A stretch of DNA of 64,000 nt from Leucoraja erinacea (lineage: Eukaryota): NCBI RefSeq assembly GCF_028641065.1, contig NC_073406.1, forward strand, positions 11,222,001 through 11,286,000, given 5' to 3'. Under the pieces are notes generated by a model. It saw only the letters and a list, made by a program, of their open reading frames with translations, did not search any database and had not been told where the DNA came from. A program made the position numbers and the translations under genes. Shown here one piece after another: positions 60,901 to 64,000 of this stretch; position 1 is the stretch's first letter, and every line of letters starts with the position of its first letter.

Positions 60901-63361
60901 TCTCCAGAGATGCTGTCTGACCCGCTGAGTTAGTCCAGCTTTTTGTGTTTATCTTTCGGCACATTAGATAATTCCAGCCTTCTGATCATCACTGAATTTA
61001 ATCACTTCATAATCAACAGCTATGCTTTCAATTGCCAAGACGCTACGCTCTGGATCTTCCTTCTATATTTCCCTTCGGTATCAGCTTTTGTGAAGCTCCT
61101 TAAACCCAGTTACTTCTTTAAAACATTTTTTGAAACACATTTTTTTTAAATGAGTCTGTCAAAAACTAATCTACTTGTCAAAAACCTGGACCATTTATTT
61201 ACATCACAACTGCACTCTGTTGACTCACTGATGTGTCTTCTGCATAGTCACAATATTTTTCAGTCATAACATGGAGATAAATGTACATCTTCCACCATGC
61301 TTTAACTTTTTCTCAGGCTTTTGTCCTCGGTCCATTTATGGAGTGGACACTTGAAAGAGCGGAACATTTTTTCAGCAAGGGAGTAGTAACGTTAAAGGAT
61401 TGAGATAAATTAGTCATGGTCAGCATTGGGATGAGGGGAGAAATCTGGATGGTTAGCAGTTCAAAAAGGGATTAAGTGAAAGGTTGGGGAGCTTTGAGGA
61501 CAAGCTCCGTCTAACGGCAAGAAAATAAACAGCAGATCTCTTCGGGAAAAGAATGGAATGGAATCTAAAAAGTATTTTGTTTTGATTTTGGAAAAAGTAC
61601 TTTGGTTTAGTTTTGTTTACCGTCACATGTATCGACGTACAGTGAAAATCTTTTTGTAGCGTGCTAACCAGTTAGCGGGAAGACTATACATGATTACAAT
61701 TGAGACGACCACAGTGACATACATGATAAGGGGAATAACATTTAGTGCAAGATAAAGTCCAGTATAGGTCCCATTAAAGATAATCCGCGGGGCTCTAATG
61801 AGGTAAGTAGTAGCTCAGGACCACTCTCTAGTTGTCGATAGGACGGTTCAGTTGCCTGATAACAGCTGGGAAGAAACAGTCCCTGAATATGGAGACACAA
61901 GTTGTCACACTTCTGTACCTCTTGCCTGATGGGAGAGAGGAGAAGAGGAAGTGACTGGGCTGAGGCTCGTCCTTGATTATGTTGGTGGCCTTGCTGAGGC
62001 AGCTTGAAGTGTCAATGGAAGGGCGATTCGTTTGTGTGATGGTTGCAGTTAGACTCGAGTGCTAGAGTGAAAATCATCAGCAATGGCTATAGAATATTCT
62101 GCTCGGGATGATGAAATCTCAGCAATCGTGATCGATATTAAGGTTAATGATGTAAAGAGAGATGCAAGTAAGAAAACACAAAACATTAATAATACGGGAA
62201 ATAACATTTCCATGTGGTCCTGCAATTACTATTCAGGAAGATAGGAAGGAGATTACAATGCAGGCAAACAAAAGTAGTAATTAGAAGATTACTATTGGTG
62301 GCTTATGATAGCGTGTATTGAAAGGAGAGTGCCCAAGGAAAAACTTGAGTTCTGCAAGCTATACCTGCCAGCTGGAGTACTGGTTACAGCAGTTCTGGTT
62401 ACTACCTTGTTGGAAATTAGTAGCACCCAAGAGGGCACAAATGAGATCTACAAAAAAAAGCCAATGACAGATTTAACTGAGATCTAATACTGAAAGCTTT
62501 GGATGAATGATGGAATTGGATTTTACTGAGTAGAGAAATTACTACGAGCAACCAATTTAAGATAGTTGATACACATGATGAGAGAAATTCCACTCCAATA
62601 CCTCACAAAAAAATGTCAAATTAGTTCGACATGATTTCTTTAGCAGAACCAAAGAAGCTTTCTCTGATCAAGCTATACTTGTCCAAGTGACCACCAATTC
62701 TATCACTAATCACATCTAGAAATTTCCCCACTACTGAAGTCAAATTGACTTGTCCAGTTACTGGTTTCATTCATTTCTGTACAATGGTGTGGTAATGCTT
62801 AGAATTTCTAGTTTTCAGGCACCAATCCTGAATCTATGGATGTTTGTAAGATTGTAGATAAAGCCACAACAATTTTCTTACTAACCTCCATTAACAATCT
62901 AAAACCAGAGGATGTGTTCATATTATCAAGCATTTAAACTATTGATAGTTTGACCACTTAGTCTCAACCACTTACAATCAAACATGATTAAAGAAAATCA
63001 GATCCACTCCTCACCCAGCAATTCATTGCAATAGAAATGGTGAAAATTAGGAAGTTAAACATTTTCAATCATTAGCAGCCAACAGGCCAAACAGTTATTA
63101 GTGGCCAAAAGGAGTTTTGCTTGAAGACCATTTTGAACATATTTTTTTTTTTACGTTTAAGGTCAGTTGCTCAAGCCAAATGTCGACAATTTTTGGGAGA
63201 CTGAATGCAATTTGATCTTTCCCCATTTAATAAAGTGCATTGTTCGATCAGTAAAGTGAGAACTACTCATTAAGGCTAATATTTAATTTGGCAAAAATTG
63301 AGATGTATGAAGTGAATGGGGTAAATACCTGGTGGTGGGCAGCCCGGGGCCCTGCTGCGAA
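720..63361 (-). CDS. EIF4G3: Eukaryotic translation initiation factor 4 gamma 3, partial multi-exon gene (N-terminal half; gene extends beyond both window edges)
   Basis: Spliced exons give [27 protein letters not shown]...[36 protein letters not shown]...[21 protein letters not shown], collinear with vertebrate eIF4G3. GGFRPIQ (not GGFRSLQ) and KREKKT favour G3 over G1. All junctions are AG/GT with matching phases. Confidence 0.93.
2480..3500 (+). mobile_element. Highly decayed CR1 LINE fragment
   Basis: Degenerate similarity to the CR1 at 23083-24250 (tttgctgacagtacaaag, gagtttagaagaatg, gctgtggaggct). Confidence 0.65.
3547..4282. mobile_element. Non-autonomous DNA transposon (736 bp) with 16-bp imperfect TIRs and 7-bp TSD
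   Basis: Left end TAGGTATGTTACAAAA; right end reverse-complements to TAGCAATGTTACAAAA; AATTGAG directly flanks both ends (3540-3546, 4283-4289). Confidence 0.8.
4990..5078 (-). CDS. EIF4G3: EIF4G3 exon [30 protein letters not shown] (89 nt)
   Basis: ctgtattacag acceptor, GAG|gtaagg donor, phase 1-0; corresponds to the mammalian AQIAITVPKTWKKPK exon. Confidence 0.87.
7710..8200 (+). mobile_element. CR1 LINE 3' fragment
   Basis: accacgtttggagtattgtg...gcacagcctcagaataa...gggctgaatggcctaattct CR1 3' end. Confidence 0.8.
9269..9515 (+). repeat. 5' LTR of Gypsy element
   Basis: TGTGACG...CTCTTCA, direct repeat of 11892-12144. Confidence 0.88.
9560..11836 (+). pseudogene. Degenerate gag-pol of Gypsy element
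   Basis: Domains split across ORFs 9503, 9894, 10115, 10221, 10843, 10958 and 11192; RNase H and integrase N-terminus not seen. Confidence 0.88.
11892..12144 (+). repeat. 3' LTR of Gypsy element
   Basis: Follows the ggggtgggtt tract, ends CTCTTCA, aligns to the 5' LTR with many substitutions. Confidence 0.88.
12310..13190 (-). mobile_element. CR1 LINE 3' fragment
   Basis: ORF 12288..12545 ([24 protein letters not shown]); catagaa tail and aacaggccctttggccc. Confidence 0.85.
13470..13765 (-). mobile_element. Decayed Deu-domain SINE (SacSINE1/AmnSINE-like)
   Basis: gtcatgggatcattt...gaacccacgactctgac...accaactatgccac resembles the antisense of this SINE group. Confidence 0.5.
14790..15015 (-). 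mobile_element. tRNA-derived SINE (HE1-like) with CR1-type tail
   Basis: Minus strand gggtggcacaatggcacagtggtagag (A box)...cccgggttcgatcctgac (B box); 3' gggcctgtttc. Confidence 0.8.
15490..15650 (+). mobile_element. Penelope-derived short element with hammerhead core and inverted arms
   Basis: CTGAAGA-A-GGGtttcggCCC-GAAA at 15529-15552; inverted arms 15487-15529 and 15579-15621; 18-bp flanking direct repeat. Confidence 0.8.
16040..16915 (+). mobile_element. Rex1/Babar-type LINE 3' fragment
   Basis: [42 protein letters not shown] motifs; taaacctaa tail. Confidence 0.75.
16965..17490 (-). mobile_element. Decayed CR1 fragment
   Basis: gtgctgtcatctgcaaattt (minus strand KFADDST), gccttgtctaaggccatgtaga. 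Confidence 0.65.
18908..19696 (-). CDS. EIF4G3: EIF4G3 large acidic low-complexity exon (789 nt, EEKPMPEPP...SPEIVH)
   Basis: cacacag|AAGAAAAACCAATG acceptor, CATG|gtaggt donor, phase 1-1; starts like mammalian EEKPKPDP; overlaps ORF 18546..19685. Confidence 0.88.
20780..20877 (+). mobile_element. Hammerhead-core Penelope-derived short element
   Basis: tctgaagaaggtctcgacccgaaaagtc...gctgagttactctagc. Confidence 0.7.
21391..21429 (-). CDS. EIF4G3: Probable 39-nt EIF4G3 cassette exon (V)[12 protein letters not shown]
   Basis: atttatttcag|TGGAGCGAAC...AAACCAG|gtatgg; symmetric phase 1-1, open in the required frame; homology not recognised. Confidence 0.62.
21825..22312 (+). mobile_element. CR1 LINE 3' fragment
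   Basis: ORF 21839..22045 QRRFTRLIP...[13 protein letters not shown]; ctattgtctat tail. Confidence 0.9.
23083..24251 (+). mobile_element. Young 5'-truncated CR1 LINE with uninterrupted RT C-terminal ORF
   Basis: ORF 23141..24157: [21 protein letters not shown], native stop; (tttctatg)n tail. Confidence 0.96.
24692..24779 (-). CDS. EIF4G3: EIF4G3 exon [29 protein letters not shown] (alternative starts at 24776 and 24830)
   Basis: CAGCAG tandem acceptor, AAG|gtttgt donor, phase 0-1; similar to mammalian QLPSQVPEHSPVVYGTVESAH. Confidence 0.9.
25480..26757 (-). mobile_element. Tc1-family transposon, one end missing; transposase pseudogene
   Basis: TA|CAGTGCCCTCCATAATGTTTGGGAC terminus with inner direct repeat near 25691; [17 protein letters not shown] and TDEAKI motifs across frameshifted ORFs. 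Confidence 0.9.
26758..27800 (-). mobile_element. Penelope-like retroelement fragment (RT and thumb)
   Basis: [12 protein letters not shown]...[10 protein letters not shown] and MDAQSLYTS motifs; [13 protein letters not shown] region. Confidence 0.82.
28573..28598. repeat. C26 homopolymer (G26 on the transcribed strand)
   Basis: Read directly. Confidence 0.9.
29080..29700 (-). mobile_element. Highly decayed CR1 fragment
   Basis: tattccagaggtagtctcac (minus strand VRxxLEY), ggtactaatccctatggca. Confidence 0.55.
29772..29915 (+). mobile_element. Hammerhead-core Penelope-derived short element with 9-bp TSD
   Basis: agtctgaagggtatcggcccgaaacgtc (core has a 3-nt deletion); accctgtat at 29763 and 29916. 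Confidence 0.72.
30265..30390 (-). CDS. EIF4G3: EIF4G3 exon [42 protein letters not shown] (PABP-binding site)
   Basis: cttctgcag acceptor, CAG|gtagtt donor, 126 nt; canonical eIF4G PABP-binding motif. Confidence 0.96.
30802..32402 (-). mobile_element. Full-length Tc1 transposon (1601 bp) with long inverted repeats
   Basis: CAGTGCATTCAGAAAGTATT...AATACTTTCTGAATGCACTG|TA; inverted repeats of about 200 bp; [20 protein letters not shown] and SLDLNPI motifs. Confidence 0.96.
31020..32004 (-). pseudogene. Tc1 transposase pseudogene
   Basis: ATG at 32004 (MKTK*LSVDLRD, early stop), several frameshifts, ends KGASTKY*. Confidence 0.9.
32506..32600 (+). mobile_element. Truncated HE1-like SINE head with duplicated B-box segment
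   Basis: gggtagcacagtggtgcagcagtaaagttgc...gggttcaatgctgactatg...gggatcgatcctgactatg. Confidence 0.6.
33785..33882 (-). CDS. EIF4G3: EIF4G3 exon [33 protein letters not shown] (98 nt)
   Basis: ttctttcaccag acceptor, ACG|gtaaag donor, phase 1-0; start of the PABP-binding motif. Confidence 0.93.
35798..37225 (-). mobile_element. Penelope-like element 3' part (RT, thumb, GIY-YIG) ending in hammerhead-bearing terminal repeat
   Basis: [29 protein letters not shown] and [12 protein letters not shown]; terminal hammerhead-like core near 35850-35878. Confidence 0.88.
38682..38723. repeat. Perfect 21-bp tandem duplication
   Basis: (tgaagcaggaaggagaaagca)x2. Confidence 0.9.
42486..42612 (-). mobile_element. 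Hammerhead-core Penelope-derived short element with TSD
   Basis: tttcaggtcgagacctttcttcagac on the plus strand; flanks aat(c/t)gaatagctt. Confidence 0.72.
43924..44032 (-). CDS. EIF4G3: EIF4G3 exon [36 protein letters not shown] (109 nt)
   Basis: ttttataatag acceptor, TATG|gtaagt donor, phase 0-1; similar to the mammalian [25 protein letters not shown] exon. Confidence 0.92.
44200..44900 (-). mobile_element. Old Penelope GIY-YIG fragment with nested hammerhead element (about 44748-44840, +)
   Basis: [23 protein letters not shown] in ORF 44622..44810. Confidence 0.65.
45270..45363 (-). mobile_element. Hammerhead-core short element inserted in a CR1 fragment
   Basis: gtttcgggtcgagatccttcttcagac on the plus strand. 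Confidence 0.68.
45465..45965 (-). mobile_element. Rex1/Babar-type LINE 3' fragment nested in decayed CR1 (about 45140-46510, +)
   Basis: [18 protein letters not shown]...[14 protein letters not shown] in ORF 45663..45893; caagt repeat tail. Confidence 0.7.
47308..47406 (-). mobile_element. About 100-bp hammerhead-core element with 17-bp TSD
   Basis: Minus strand agtCTGAAGAAGGGtttcagCCCGAAACGTTg; atctttaatcatcctaa at 47291 and 47407. Confidence 0.85.
47438..47488. repeat. 26-bp period tandem duplication
   Basis: taaatactacagtggtgtagttagg c taaatactacagtggtgtaattagg. Confidence 0.85.
47933..48118 (-). CDS. EIF4G3: EIF4G3 exon FFQRPPMQP...YYIANP (186 nt)
   Basis: ttcctgcag acceptor, CCG|gtaaga donor, 62 codons of Pro/Gln-rich N-terminal region; contained in ORF 47888..48130. 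Confidence 0.92.
48549..49043 (+). mobile_element. CR1 LINE 3' fragment
   Basis: ORF 48579..49025 [22 protein letters not shown]; gttatatg tail. Confidence 0.92.
49334..49354 (-). CDS. EIF4G3: EIF4G3 21-nt neural microexon GGFRPIQ
   Basis: ttgttgaag|GGAGGATTCAGACCTATTCAG|gtaata; matches the known eIF4G3 microexon peptide. Confidence 0.92.
51876..51963 (-). mobile_element. Penelope-derived short element (hammerhead core damaged)
   Basis: tagacacaaaaagctggagtaactca...acgtttcgggtctaga. Confidence 0.62.
52300..52627 (-). mobile_element. Decayed Deu-domain SINE (SacSINE1-like)
   Basis: cacccgagaaagctgacagc...aacatctcaactgaaagacagc...caagtctctggagt-like segment...aactgagcca. Confidence 0.6.
54090..54760 (-). 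mobile_element. Decayed Penelope 3' fragment
   Basis: Same layout as 35798-36200 (gcagcatctgtg..., purine-rich tract, ttacttgaaatt, gggtgctcttcct). Confidence 0.6.
54936..55027 (+). mobile_element. Hammerhead-core short element
   Basis: ctgaagaagggacttgacccgaaacatc...gctgagttacttcagcattttgtgtcta. Confidence 0.7.
55600..56185 (+). mobile_element. Decayed CR1 ORF2 fragment
   Basis: [28 protein letters not shown] in ORF 55788..56069. Confidence 0.8.
58317..58525. mobile_element. Inverted pair of decayed Penelope-derived short elements
   Basis: tgtggaggaagtggacaggtga versus tcatctgtctatttcctccaca around gaagggtcctacctgaaacgtc. Confidence 0.6.
59390..59850 (+). mobile_element. Decayed CR1 RT fragment
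   Basis: [23 protein letters not shown] remnants. Confidence 0.65.
60861..60957 (+). mobile_element. Penelope-derived short element (degenerate hammerhead) within L2-like remnant
   Basis: ctggagaaggatctcgatctgaaatgtc...cccgctgagttagtccagc. Confidence 0.6.
61595..62045 (-). mobile_element. Rex1/Babar-type LINE 3' fragment
   Basis: acagctgggaagaaacagtccctgaat...cttgcctgatgggag, homologous to 45690-45800; tttggtttagttt tail. Confidence 0.7.
63329..63361 (-). CDS. EIF4G3: EIF4G3 33-nt exon [11 protein letters not shown]
   Basis: ttctcttcag|TTCGCAGCAGGGCCCCGGGCTGCCCACCACCAG|gtattt; phase 0-0; resembles mammalian FAAGPRPPHHQ. Confidence 0.9.
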
Positions 63362-64000
63362 CTGAAGAGAAGTAAGAAATACACAAGGGAAAGGCACACA
63401 GAGTCAGCAAGAACGCAAGGACAGACTAGAAAACTCAAAAGCACAAGCATTAAACCACAGTTCTAATATACCAGCACTTGATGTCACTAAACACACATTA
63501 GGTTTAAAAGAAAATTAAAGCTTTCCACAAATCAGAATTACAAGGCAGCATTCCATCATACACAAATTAATTTTTCTGCTAAACTGAAATTAAATGAGAT
63601 CACGATCTTGACGCCTTAAAAAGGAAATATTTACCTTGTGCTTAAGGATAATGCTTGGTGTAATTGCAATTTTCAAAGAATCAAAATGAATAATATCAAT
63701 TAAAAACCAACATTTATGCAAACTACTTTTAAAGAGGAAAAACTGTTGAACATTGAGGCAATAAATGATAACAAACCCATTTGAGATGAGTAAGCTACAT
63801 TGATATTACAGGCACAAGTACATGAGAAAAAGGATAACAAAGACAGATTCTTCAAATTGCAGAGGAGGAAGCACTACCAAAGATGCACTGTGCTACAATT
63901 AGATAGGGCAGGACAGAATTCAGACATGGAATGTCCAACCCAGCTGGACAATATCAATTTAGGGCAATGACAGGATCAAAAACGTAGCAATTACAGAGGG

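Noticed and set aside
720-63361. Assignment to EIF4G1
   Set aside because: GGFRPIQ, FAAGPR, KREKKT and QLPSQV match the EIF4G3 paralogue better.

Overview
AT-rich vertebrate genomic DNA, very probably a cartilaginous fish (skate/ray-like repeats: CR1, HE1-type SINE, Penelope, Tc1). The whole window lies inside one minus-strand gene, the N-terminal half of EIF4G3. Eleven exons were reconstructed by hand with consistent AG/GT boundaries and splice phases: 63329-63361, 49334-49354 (neural GGFRPIQ microexon), 47933-48118, 43924-44032, 33785-33882, 30265-30390 (PABP-binding motif), 24692-24779, 21391-21429, 18908-19696, 4990-5078 and 720-957. The start codon and the eIF4E-binding and HEAT domains lie outside the window. 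The introns hold an internally deleted Gypsy LTR element, two Tc1 transposons, a 736-bp TIR element with a 7-bp TSD, many CR1/Rex-Babar/L2 fragments, SINEs and Penelope fragments. They also carry about a dozen 90-180 bp elements with a hammerhead-ribozyme core, several with their own target-site duplications. The most notable items are this hammerhead element family, a triple splice acceptor behind a 169-nt AG-free zone, a candidate internal ATG exon and an in-frame read-through after the large acidic exon. Most short ORFs in the supplied track are spurious or transposon remnants. No database searches were run; family names come from recognised motifs.
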